The notes under the pieces are model-generated. The model worked only from the letters and a program-made list of their open reading frames with translations, was not told where the DNA came from and did not search any database. Position numbers and translations under genes: made by a program. A DNA stretch of 64,000 nucleotides, taken from NCBI GenBank assembly GCA_963827235.1, contig CAWHAE010000010.1:864001-928000 (forward strand), written 5' to 3'. This DNA comes from an uncultured bacterium (GTDB lineage Bacteria > Chloroflexota > UBA5177 > JANWHV01). Positions 46,569 to 55,615 of this stretch are shown here, one piece after another (within the stretch, counting starts at the first letter, position 1; each line of letters begins with the position of its first letter).

Positions 46569-48683
46569 TTGTTGAAGCGCGCCGGTCCCACTACACCGTC
46601 GCGGAATGGGCTCTGCCCGTGCGGCAGCGGCCGAAAGTACAAGCACTGCTGCCTTCGCACCCAGAGGTTCGCGAATCCGCCGTCCGAGCCGCATGGGGCG
46701 CCACCGGCGCGACCTTCGGACGCCGGCCAGGCTCGCACCCTGCAGGATGCGCGAGAGGTGGAGGGAAGCGGCGGGCACGATCCGGCGGCACAGGCGGAGG
46801 CGGCAGACCTGCATCGCCTGGGCGTAGCAGCACTGGCCGACGGCCACAATAATCGCGCCGCCGAGCTGATCAGCCGGGCGATCGAGCTCGACGCCGAAGT
46901 GCCTTCATTCTATGACGACCTGGCCGCCACGCTGACTGACACGGATAGCCTCGCGCCTGCCACGGTAAGCCGCCTGCGGCGGGCTTGGCCCCGTGACGCG
47001 CTGGTACAACAGTTGGCCGCCAACGCACTCTTCCAGTGGGGGGACCTTCGTGGCGCCCGGGACGCCTGTCGAGCTGCACTCGCAATCCATCCGGGCGACA
47101 GTTCCGTGCTGCAGACGCTTGCCTTTGCGCTCGGCGAGCTGGGCGAGAACGAAGAAGCCGTGGTCGCCTATCGCAGCGCCCTGGCCGCCGATGCGGGTAA
47201 TGCCACTCTCTACCACAATCTGGGCGACTGTCTCCGGCAGCTCGGCAAGCTCGACGAGGCGCAGGCTGCTCTCGAGCAGGCCGTGTGTCTGGCACCCGAG
47301 AATGCCAAGTCGCAGCTCAACCTGGCACACGTGCAGCAGATGCTCTGCGACTGGCGGGGCATCGAGGAACGGTGGGCCGCGGTTCGGGCCGCGCTGGCCT
47401 GCGGCACGGCGCTGAACCCGTTCTTTCTGCTCAGCGTTCCCACCACCGCGCGAGAACAACTGCTATCCGCGCGAGCCTGGGCAGCGGAGCGGTTCGGCCA
47501 GCCCGGACCCGGTGACCAGATGATCTCGAGCGCGCGTCCGCCTGGACCCCGTGAGAGGCTGCATGTCGGCTACCTCTCATCGGATCTCCGCGATCATGCC
47601 GTCGCGCGCCTGATCGCCGAGGTGTTCGAGCTTCACGACAGATCGGCGTTTGCTATAAGCGCCTACTCGATAGGCCCCGACGATCGCAGCCCGCTTCGCC
47701 GGCGATTGATCGAAGGCGTGGATCACTTCGTCGACCTCTACCACGCGTCACGCGCTGAAGCCGCCAAGCGCTTTGAGGACGATGCTGTCGACATACTGGT
47801 CGATCTCAACGGGCACACGGCGAGGAACCGCGCAGACATCCTCGCCATGCGGCCGGCGCCAATCCAGGTCAGCTACTGGGGCTATCCCGGCACCACCGGC
47901 GCTCCTTTCATCGACTACGCTATCGCCGACCGATTCGTCGTGCCCGAGTGGCAACGGGACAGTTTCAGCGAGCGCCTGGCTTACATGCCTCACTGCTACA
48001 TGCCGAACGACCGCAAGCGACCGATCGCCGCCGGCATCCTCACACGAACGGAGCACGGGCTGCCCGAGAGTGGCTTCGTGTTCTGCGCATTCAATCACGT
48101 GATGAAGCTCACGCCTGAGGTGTTCGCGACATGGATGCGCGTGCTCACTGCTACACCCGGCAGCGTGCTGTGGTTGCTGGAGACGAACCGCTGGCCCGGT
48201 CCGAACCTTCGGAGCGAAGCAGAACGTGCCGGCGTCGACCCGCGGCGGCTTATCTTCGGACCGGCATTGCCATTGCCTGAGCACCTGGCTCGCCATCGCC
48301 TGGCCGACCTGTTTCTGGATACGCTGCCGTACAACGGTCACACCACGACGAGCGATGCGCTATGGACCGGGTTGCCGGTGCTTACCTGCAGCGGAGAGGC
48401 GTTCGCCTCGCGCGTGGCAGGAAGCGCCCTCTACGCGGCGGGACTGCCCGAGCTTGTGACAAGCTCGCTGGCGGACTACGAGGCGCAGGCTGTCGGGCTG
48501 GCGCGCGATCCCACCCACCTTCACGAGCTCCGTGAGCGCCTGATGGATAACCGCGAGACCGCGCCGCTGTTCGACTGCCGGTGCTATACCCGCGACCTCG
48601 AAGCGCTCTATGCACGCATGTGGGATGACTACTGCCGGGCGTCCGGCGCGAGAGGGATTGACCGCACGCCGCTGAGCGCATGA
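46569..48683 (+). CDS. SEC-C motif + TPR + GT41 (OGT/SPINDLY-like) protein glycosyltransferase
   Basis: RNGLCPCGSGRKYKHCC; TPRs (HNLG..L..LG..DEA); GYLSSDLRDHAV, VDLNGHT, RPAPIQV..WGYPGTTG, FNHVMKL, DTLPYNGHTT; TTG start after GAGGA. Confidence 0.9.
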   Translation: MLKRAGPTTPSRNGLCPCGSGRKYKHCCLRTQRFANPPSEPHGAPPARPSDAGQARTLQDAREVEGSGGHDPAAQAEAADLHRLGVAALADGHNNRAAELISRAIELDAEVPSFYDDLAATLTDTDSLAPATVSRLRRAWPRDALVQQLAANALFQWGDLRGARDACRAALAIHPGDSSVLQTLAFALGELGENEEAVVAYRSALAADAGNATLYHNLGDCLRQLGKLDEAQAALEQAVCLAPENAKSQLNLAHVQQMLCDWRGIEERWAAVRAALACGTALNPFFLLSVPTTAREQLLSARAWAAERFGQPGPGDQMISSARPPGPRERLHVGYLSSDLRDHAVARLIAEVFELHDRSAFAISAYSIGPDDRSPLRRRLIEGVDHFVDLYHASRAEAAKRFEDDAVDILVDLNGHTARNRADILAMRPAPIQVSYWGYPGTTGAPFIDYAIADRFVVPEWQRDSFSERLAYMPHCYMPNDRKRPIAAGILTRTEHGLPESGFVFCAFNHVMKLTPEVFATWMRVLTATPGSVLWLLETNRWPGPNLRSEAERAGVDPRRLIFGPALPLPEHLARHRLADLFLDTLPYNGHTTTSDALWTGLPVLTCSGEAFASRVAGSALYAAGLPELVTSSLADYEAQAVGLARDPTHLHELRERLMDNRETAPLFDCRCYTRDLEALYARMWDDYCRASGARGIDRTPLSA

Positions 48684-49001
48684 GGTAGTCGAAGCGCTGC
48701 CCCGGCCCGAGTCTCAGACCGTGGCCGGCGGCAGATCCGGCTTCGCGGGCACGCAGCCCAGCACGGCGCATCCGATGCAGCGACGTCGTGGTCAGGCGCA
48801 GAGTATTTCGCCCGCGGCTGGGCACGGCAGACCGCGTCTCCGCTTTGGCTGCAGGGCCCTGGGCGCGTCGGCAGGCCCGCGGCCGAGCATGCCGCTGGAG
48901 GGTGCTTCTTGAATACGCGCCATCCAGCGCCGTTGCCGCGCCGGCGACACGCTCGCCGGGCCGAACCTGCCGGACCGAGTGTGCCGCCGGCACGACGATC
49001 G

Positions 49002-50276
49002 CTACGGAATGATGCTGATCAGCGACTGCAGCATATTGTCCGTCGTCGTCACCACCTTGGTATTGGCGTTGAAGCCTTGTTGCGCCTGAATCATCTCGCC
49101 GAATTGCGCCGCGAGGTCGACGTTCGAGCCCTCGAGCTGGCCCGTCGCGATGGTGCCGAGGGTCCCGGATCCTGCCTGGCCGTAGATTGGCTTGCCCGAA
49201 TTGACGCCCTCCTGGTACAGGTTGTTGCCCACGCGTAGCAGATCGTCAACATTGGTGAAGCTCGCCAGGGCGATCTGGCCGACCACTTTGCTCACGCCGT
49301 TGGAGTATACGGCCGTTACCTTGCCGTCGGTGCTGACGCTGTAGCTCGACAGTGTGCCGCCCGCGCTGCCGTCCGAGCTGGCAACGTTCACCTGGGACGT
49401 CGAATCGATCTGCGTCAGCTTGCTGAAGTCGACCGTGACCGTACCGTTCGCCGTGCTGTTCCCGTACGTGATGCTGATCTGCGGCTGCGTGGTAGGCGCG
49501 GTGAGGTTGCCGCTCGTATCGAACGTAAGGCTGCCGGTGCCGTTGGATACCGCGTCGCCGTTGGTGGTGCTGGTCGGCGCGACCGCGTAGGACCATGCGT
49601 TCGCGCCAGTCTTCTGCATGGTCAGTGTCAACTGGTGTGCGGTGCCCTGAGAGTCGTAAACGGTCAGGGTCGTGGTGTAGTTGCCGCCGGTCGCCGCGGT
49701 AGAACCGGAAGCGGCAACGTAGTCGGCCTGGCTAGCGTCGAGATTTCCGGACAGCGTCACATCCGTGGTCGCCGCCACGCTCACGCTGTTCAGCGGCAGC
49801 TTGACCGTGCTCAGAGGGGTGGTGGTGTTGACCGACCCGTCGGCGTTGAGCGTCGTCCATCCCTGAACCGTCAGGCCGGTCGAGCCCGATTCGAGCGATC
49901 CGTCGGGAGCCACGCTGAACGAACCGTCCCGCGTGTAGGAGTGGTTGCCGGTGGTATCACTCATCACGAAGAATCCGCCGCCCTGGATGGCCATGTCGCT
50001 CAGCCGGCCGGTGTCCTCTTCTGTACCCTGCGTGTCGAGCACATTGATTGAACCGCTCCCTACGCCCAGGCCTATCTGCACGGCGTTGGTGCCTTCGAGA
50101 TTACTCGTCGCGGAAGAATCGTTGCTGATCGTCTCGCTGAGCAGATCGGCGAAGTGGATGTCCTGCGTCTTGTACGAGGTGGTGTTGATGTTGCTGATAT
50201 TGTTACCGATCACGTTCATGTACGTCTGATTGGCCTGAAGTCCGGTGAGTGCGTCTGCCAAGCTGTTCAGTGACAC
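49002..50276 (-). CDS. flgE: Flagellar hook protein FlgE
   Basis: VIGNNISNINT..YK, DMAIQGGGFF, YTRDGSF, LEGSNVDLA. Confidence 0.94.
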   Translation of the reverse strand: MSLNSLADALTGLQANQTYMNVIGNNISNINTTSYKTQDIHFADLLSETISNDSSATSNLEGTNAVQIGLGVGSGSINVLDTQGTEEDTGRLSDMAIQGGGFFVMSDTTGNHSYTRDGSFSVAPDGSLESGSTGLTVQGWTTLNADGSVNTTTPLSTVKLPLNSVSVAATTDVTLSGNLDASQADYVAASGSTAATGGNYTTTLTVYDSQGTAHQLTLTMQKTGANAWSYAVAPTSTTNGDAVSNGTGSLTFDTSGNLTAPTTQPQISITYGNSTANGTVTVDFSKLTQIDSTSQVNVASSDGSAGGTLSSYSVSTDGKVTAVYSNGVSKVVGQIALASFTNVDDLLRVGNNLYQEGVNSGKPIYGQAGSGTLGTIATGQLEGSNVDLAAQFGEMIQAQQGFNANTKVVTTTDNMLQSLISIIP

Positions 50277-50385
50277 GTTCCAACCCCTCTCATGCTCGTG
50301 CCTTCATCTCTTTCTTCTCCGGCCGCGACCGCCTGCACGAGATCGGTCGCCTGAGAACCATTCGGGCTGGTTCTTCACATCGTCA

Positions 50386-50928
50386 TTACCCTCCCGTGCT
50401 GGAGGTCGCGCTGGTCGACGACGAGGTAGAGGCCGAGGAGCTCGAGCTGCCGACCGCCGTCACTTTGCTCAGAGCGACTGCTTGCCCGCCTATCAGCACA
50501 TCGACGCCACTCGTCAATATCTCCACCCCGCTCACGGTGCCCTGCGTGCTCGTGCTCGTGCCGCTCGTGGAGGACGTGCTCGTATAGGTCACTTGCTGCC
50601 CGATCAGCGAGATCGCCTCATTTGCCTGCGCCGCGCTCAATTCCTGTTGCACACTGGTGTTCAGGTTGATCATTTGCTCCACGGAGTTGAACTGTGCCAG
50701 CTGCGTGATGAATGTGGAGTCGTCCATCGGCGACGTGGGATCCTGATTCTGCAATTGGGCGACCAGGAGCTTGAGAAACGTATCAGTCCCCGATAGGCCG
50801 CTCGACGAGCTGCTCGATGAGCTACTCGACGAGCTGCCCGACGAGGTGGTTGTCGTCGTCAGATTGCTCAACGCTGAAGCGATGGAGGCATCCGTATTGG
50901 TGTTGGTGCTCGATACTGCCGTGCTCAT
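50386..50928 (-). CDS. flgD: Hook capping protein FlgD
   Basis: FLKLLVAQLQNQDPTSPMD..QLAQF..VEQ. Confidence 0.94.
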   Translation of the reverse strand: MSTAVSSTNTNTDASIASALSNLTTTTTSSGSSSSSSSSSSSSGLSGTDTFLKLLVAQLQNQDPTSPMDDSTFITQLAQFNSVEQMINLNTSVQQELSAAQANEAISLIGQQVTYTSTSSTSGTSTSTQGTVSGVEILTSGVDVLIGGQAVALSKVTAVGSSSSSASTSSSTSATSSTGG

Positions 50929-50976
50929 TCTTACCTGCGTCCCTCTCTGCCCGGGACGACCGGGCGAATGCACTGC

Positions 50977-53514
50977 TCACACGTGAACATCGATGTGCGC
51001 AGCTACAACGCCGAGCCCGGCAGAGCGCCCGATGCGCACGCCGGTACGCGATGCGGTCTGCAGCCCCTGCTGCTGCTGTACCAAATAGCTGCGATCCGCA
51101 TCGGCATTCTGCCGACCTGCCTGGCTATCGCCACCGGAGGTTGAAAAGCCCTGACCGGCGCTGTCCTGCGAGCCGGTCGACTGGCCGCCCATCGAGAAGG
51201 GCGATGAGCCGCCGGCGCTGCCGCCTCGCACGACGACCGTGGCGTGAACCGAGCCACTGCTCGCCGCGTTGAGGGAAGCGACGAGCTCTGCCACGTGTGC
51301 GTGCAACAGCGTCCCCGTCTCGTCGCGCTGAGGAGTAAGCGAAACCTGAAGCCCGTCGTGGCCATGCACTACATTCACGATCACCTGGCCAAGCGACTTT
51401 GGCTCCAGCACAACGCGAAAGCTCGACGAAGAGCCGGAAACATGAAGCGCGGCGTGGCGCACCAGGACGCCATCGACGACAGGCTGGAAGCTCGCCTGGA
51501 CGTCCAGGGCATCGCCGGTCGCCGAGGGCCCGGACCGGTTCGCGCCACCGGTGGTACCGTCCGAAGCCACCAAGAATGCTCCCGCCGGCTGCCCGGTCTG
51601 ACTGGCGTCGGTCGCACGTCTGCCCGCGCTCGAACCGTGGCCTCCGCCGTCTCGCTGCGATAGGTCTCCTGTATCGGCGGAACCGCCACCCTCAGTGGAA
51701 GACTGCCGGGCAACGAATGATCGCAGCGTGTCGGCTCCTGCTTCCGAGATGGCATCTACCCCGGGCGCCAGTCGCGCGGCCTGCTCCTGCTGGGCCGTGG
51801 AGCGTGAAAGTAGCGCGGCGGTCGCGTGGGCCGCGCCCGCCGTCGCGGCCGCCGCTCGAGAGGCCGCCGATGCCGCGGACTGAGGCGTCACGCCCGGCAG
51901 CAGTGCCTGGCCCTGCAGACCGCTCTGCTTGCCAGACGCCGGATCGATGTCGTCCCGTGGCGCGCTCCGGTCGTCGATCGTCTCATTCTGCTGAACAGCC
52001 CCGTCCGTCTGTCCCGTCGACTGCACATTCCGGTGTCGCGCGCCGATCGAATGGTGGCCGGGCGCTTGGTCGTTTCCCAACACAGGAGGAGAGCTCCAGC
52101 CGTATCCCGGCTCTGGGTCGCCCATGCCGTATTCGGACCGCTGACCAAGCGCGTCGATCGCGCTCTGGATGCCGTCGGCAAGCGGGGCTCCGGCAGCGGT
52201 CGCAGATGCACCCGCCGTCAGCAACGCGTCGGCAGAAGCGCTTTCCTCGTCCGCGGCTGCCGCACCGTCCATGGAAGCGGGCGCCATCGCTACCGGCAAG
52301 GTCGCATTGCCGACTTCGCCGTCCTCTGGCAGAGCGGCATCGGCGGTATCGGCTGCGCTGCCAGAGCCGTTATCCTGAGTCAAGGTGGTGCCTGCCGCCT
52401 GCGCGGACCCAGTGGCGGTGTGGAGTTCGTCGGCGAGCTGTTCCGTGAGCGCGGGGACCGGCGCCTCCGCGCCGTCCCAAAGGCCGGGCTGCCGTGGAAG
52501 CGTTATGGTCAGACGGCCGTCCGATCCGAGGTCGTAATACTGCTCGGTGCTCTGGCCCGAGATGGTTGCCTGCCCGCCGAACAACGCGGTGCCGGTTGGG
52601 ACGGGCGATGGAGTCCCTGCTTGGTCCGCAGCGGTGGGCCTGGACGTGCCGGACGCGCCGTTTGTCTCACCGGAAAGCTGCGTCCACACAGATTCTGCGC
52701 ACCCCGCGGCCGCCTGAGCGCCGTCCGACCGCTGGGCGATTCGCGCGCCGAACATCCACGATGATGCGGCTGTCATGCCGATCTGAGCTATTGCACTCTC
52801 GCCGTTTGCCGGCTGGCTGTCGGAGCTGCCGGCGGCCAGCTGACTGCCCGGTGTTGCCTGCGACTGGGATGCTCCGCTTGAGTCGGACGCTGAATCCGTG
52901 CCCGCAAGAGTGGCGTACCACGGCGCGGACGGGCGCGAGGCAGCGGCACCGCCGTTCCCGCTCGTCCCGTCGCCGCTGGAGTCGGCGGGTTGCCGTGGAG
53001 ACGCCGCCGGCGCCGAGGAGCCGGCACTGGTCGTCGTGGACGCGAACCCGGCCAGCCCGATGAGGCGCGCCGTCGAGGCACCGAACGCGGCGCTCGACGC
53101 GGCCGTGATGGTGCTCTCGGCTGTACTGACCGTCTGAGCCTGGGCACTCTCCGGCTGAGTCGAGCAGACCGGTGGCGGCATACCGGTGACGGCGCCCGAC
53201 ATGGTCGCCGCGTCGGTCGGCGCGGAGCCCGGCGTTGCCGCCGGTTGGAATGCAGCCTGCGACGTGGTGTCCGGCGTGGCGGCGTGGTCGGAAGGGGAAT
53301 GATCGTCCTTGCGGCCGTGGGCCGGCCTGGCACCACTGCCCGGGATGTCGCCGGACGCAGATCCGCCGCCGGCGCTGCTCAGTGCATCGCTGAAGCTCGG
53401 CGAAGTTGACGAATCGCCTTCAGTGCCGGTAGCGCCCTGCCCGTCTGAACTGGACGGTCCGGGCGCGGGCGGGGCCTCTGCAACGGCTGTCGCGGCAACC
53501 AGATTCATGTTCAC
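50977..53514 (-). CDS. fliK: Hook-length control protein FliK (845 aa)
   Basis: Long low-complexity A/S/G/T region; C-terminal VVLEPKSLGQVIV T3S4 motif; directly upstream of flgD. Confidence 0.8.
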   Translation of the reverse strand: MNMNLVAATAVAEAPPAPGPSSSDGQGATGTEGDSSTSPSFSDALSSAGGGSASGDIPGSGARPAHGRKDDHSPSDHAATPDTTSQAAFQPAATPGSAPTDAATMSGAVTGMPPPVCSTQPESAQAQTVSTAESTITAASSAAFGASTARLIGLAGFASTTTSAGSSAPAASPRQPADSSGDGTSGNGGAAASRPSAPWYATLAGTDSASDSSGASQSQATPGSQLAAGSSDSQPANGESAIAQIGMTAASSWMFGARIAQRSDGAQAAAGCAESVWTQLSGETNGASGTSRPTAADQAGTPSPVPTGTALFGGQATISGQSTEQYYDLGSDGRLTITLPRQPGLWDGAEAPVPALTEQLADELHTATGSAQAAGTTLTQDNGSGSAADTADAALPEDGEVGNATLPVAMAPASMDGAAAADEESASADALLTAGASATAAGAPLADGIQSAIDALGQRSEYGMGDPEPGYGWSSPPVLGNDQAPGHHSIGARHRNVQSTGQTDGAVQQNETIDDRSAPRDDIDPASGKQSGLQGQALLPGVTPQSAASAASRAAAATAGAAHATAALLSRSTAQQEQAARLAPGVDAISEAGADTLRSFVARQSSTEGGGSADTGDLSQRDGGGHGSSAGRRATDASQTGQPAGAFLVASDGTTGGANRSGPSATGDALDVQASFQPVVDGVLVRHAALHVSGSSSSFRVVLEPKSLGQVIVNVVHGHDGLQVSLTPQRDETGTLLHAHVAELVASLNAASSGSVHATVVVRGGSAGGSSPFSMGGQSTGSQDSAGQGFSTSGGDSQAGRQNADADRSYLVQQQQGLQTASRTGVRIGRSAGLGVVAAHIDVHV

Positions 53515-53540
53515 TCCAAACGTGTCGTATTCAGCGAGCC

Positions 53541-53912
53541 CTACCCGGTTATTGCCGTGTTGAGAATGCCCATGCGGTCGGCAGTGAGCTGGGCAAGTGC
53601 GTCGAACATGATGTTCGTTTCCGAAACCTTGGACATCTGGCTCTCCAGATCAACGCGGTTGCCGTCCTGGGAGGTGGTCAGGTCGGCCGCATTGACAACC
53701 ATGCCCTCGCTGTTAGCGGTAGTCGTGGCTGTACCGCCAAGGATCGACGAGAGTTGATCCTCGAAGCTGACGTCCTGCGCCACGAATCCAGGCGTCTGCG
53801 CGTTGGCAATGTTGTTGGACAGCACTTCCTGGCGTTGGCTCAAACTGTTCAGCGCGAACTGCAATCCCTGCATCGTGGAATCGTTGAACAGGTTGTTCGT
53901 CACGTTGCTCAC
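53541..53912 (-). CDS. flgB: Basal-body rod protein FlgB
   Basis: RQEVLSNNIANAQTPGF..DVSF, DGNRVDLESQM. Confidence 0.92.
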   Translation of the reverse strand: MSNVTNNLFNDSTMQGLQFALNSLSQRQEVLSNNIANAQTPGFVAQDVSFEDQLSSILGGTATTTANSEGMVVNAADLTTSQDGNRVDLESQMSKVSETNIMFDALAQLTADRMGILNTAITG

Positions 53913-53941
53913 GCCTGAAATCTCCTTCCCTCGGACGCCGC

Positions 53942-55615
53942 TCAGGGCTGGCCTGAGGAGCTATACTCTTGCTGCAGCTGCATGACCTTCTGGATGTAGT
54001 TCTGGGTCTCGGAATACGGAGGAACGCCGCCATAGGCGGACACTGCTCCCGGCCCAGCATTGTAGGCGGCAAGCGCCAGTTGTTCGTTTCCGGAGTATTG
54101 GTCCAGCAGGGTGCGCAGGTACTGCGAGCCTCCGGCAAGATTCTGCTGCGGATCGAAGCTGTTCGAGACCCCATAGGTGCTCGCCGTGCCGTCCATCAGC
54201 TGCATCAAGCCCTTGGCTCCGGCCGACGACTCCGCGTTGGGATCTCCGCCCGACTCGGCCTGAACGACGGCGGACAGCAGGCTCGCCGAAACTCCGGACG
54301 TCTGTGCGGCCTGCTCGATCAGCGAATTCAGGGCCCCGCCGGCCCACGATCCCGACGTAGCGTCTGCACCGCCCACGCCCGACGTGGACTGCTGCTGGCC
54401 GGCCGCGGTCGGCGATGAGGCAGCTTGACCCGCCTGCGACGCTGCCGCCGACCCGGCCGCCGAGCCATACTGCACCGGCATGAGAGCGATGCCGCCGTAG
54501 CTCTGCAACATGGGCATGATCGGCATCATGTAGATCGGCGTTGTCGAGCTCATCGTCGTGCCCAACGTGCCGCCGGTCTGCAACGTGAGCGGAGTCTGCG
54601 AGGTCGATGTACTACCGTTCAGGTAGGGCGTTGGGTCGACCCACTTACCGTTGACCTCGACGCCAAAGTGGAGATGCGGACCAGTGCTGTTCCCGGTGCT
54701 TCCGGAAAGACCGATCTCTTGGCCCGCCTGGACTGTGTCACCCACCTTCGCGTCGACCTGGGACAGGTGGCCGTAGAGGCTGACAACGCCGTTGCCGTGG
54801 TCGATCATCACCTCGTTGCCGTAGCCTACGTCGGTCCAGCCTGCCGCTATCACCTTCCCCGAAGCTGCGGCCTTCACCTCTGTGCCCTGCGGCAGCCCGT
54901 AGTCGATGCCGGTGTGGAAGTGAGTGTAGCCGTCATATGACGGCTCGGCCGTAAAGTCGGTCGGGCCGTACCCCTGCGTTACGGAATACTGGCCGCTAAA
55001 CGGCATCGCCAAAGAGCTCGAGCCGGTGGCAGCCTGAGGCGCCGCCGCTTGGCTTGTTGCACCGGTGGCCGTTTGCGTGCCTGCGCCACCGGCCACCGCA
55101 AGCCCCATCGGCACTGCCATGACCGGCACGAGCATGTAGGCGACCGGCTGCATGGCCATTGCAGTCCCCAGATACGGATACTGAGCCTGGCTGATTCCTT
55201 GTGTGTTGCCGGTGGCGCTTTGAGCGGGCACTGTTTGCGAGGTCCCAGCCCCGCCGGTATCGGCCGAGGTGCCGGCTGCATTGCTGCCGGCCGTCGAGCC
55301 GCTCGTGGTGCTCGTGGTGCTCGAGGTCGAGCCGCTCGTGGTGCTCGTGGTGCTCGAGGTCGAGCCGCTCGTGGTGCTCGAGGTCGAGTGAGTCGGAGTC
55401 CCGGAGGCGTTGCCGGACGCGTTCGCCTTCGCGGCAGGCTGGCTGGTAGAATCCGCGGCAACCGAGCGCAGGATGTTCTCGAAGTCGCTGGCCGTCGGAG
55501 CGTTGTACGGGATGACCGTCCCAGTCGGGATGAGGGGCGTAGCGTCGTCCGCCCGACCGGCAGTGTGCGCAGACCGGTACGATCGAGAGACGTTGTCAAC
55601 TGATGAGAGGTGCAT
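53942..55615 (-). CDS. M23 peptidase + SLT lytic transglycosylase fusion (FlgJ-analogue candidate)
   Basis: M23 HTGID..YGN..YGHL..GNSTGPHLHF; SLT AESGG..AKGLMQLM..ALAAYNAG..ETQNY. Confidence 0.88.
   Translation of the reverse strand: MHLSSVDNVSRSYRSAHTAGRADDATPLIPTGTVIPYNAPTASDFENILRSVAADSTSQPAAKANASGNASGTPTHSTSSTTSGSTSSTTSTTSGSTSSTTSTTSGSTAGSNAAGTSADTGGAGTSQTVPAQSATGNTQGISQAQYPYLGTAMAMQPVAYMLVPVMAVPMGLAVAGGAGTQTATGATSQAAAPQAATGSSSLAMPFSGQYSVTQGYGPTDFTAEPSYDGYTHFHTGIDYGLPQGTEVKAAASGKVIAAGWTDVGYGNEVMIDHGNGVVSLYGHLSQVDAKVGDTVQAGQEIGLSGSTGNSTGPHLHFGVEVNGKWVDPTPYLNGSTSTSQTPLTLQTGGTLGTTMSSTTPIYMMPIMPMLQSYGGIALMPVQYGSAAGSAAASQAGQAASSPTAAGQQQSTSGVGGADATSGSWAGGALNSLIEQAAQTSGVSASLLSAVVQAESGGDPNAESSAGAKGLMQLMDGTASTYGVSNSFDPQQNLAGGSQYLRTLLDQYSGNEQLALAAYNAGPGAVSAYGGVPPYSETQNYIQKVMQLQQEYSSSGQP
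55293..55388. repeat. 33-bp coding tandem repeat (SSTTSTTSGST), about 2.9 copies
   Basis: GTCGAGCCGCTCGTGGTGCTCGTGGTGCTCGAG twice plus a shortened third unit. Confidence 0.85.

Larger units (their letters stand above)
42366..46755. repeat. ~2.2-kb direct tandem duplication (flagellin + promoter + 5-prime end of glycosyltransferase gene)
   Basis: Unit 1 ~42366-44562, unit 2 ~44582-46755; offset 2216 bp across flagellins; homology continues through the intergenic region into the SEC-C coding segment. Confidence 0.88.

Noticed and set aside
43905-46569. Minus-strand ORFs 43905-44282 and 46174-46569 sharing AHRRS..TTVVA
   Set aside because: Similarity is explained by the DNA duplication; ends differ and substitutions are not codon-conservative
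55293-55388. Direct repeats as a possible CRISPR array
   Set aside because: No unique spacers, in-frame 33-bp unit encoding a Ser/Thr linker, no cas genes
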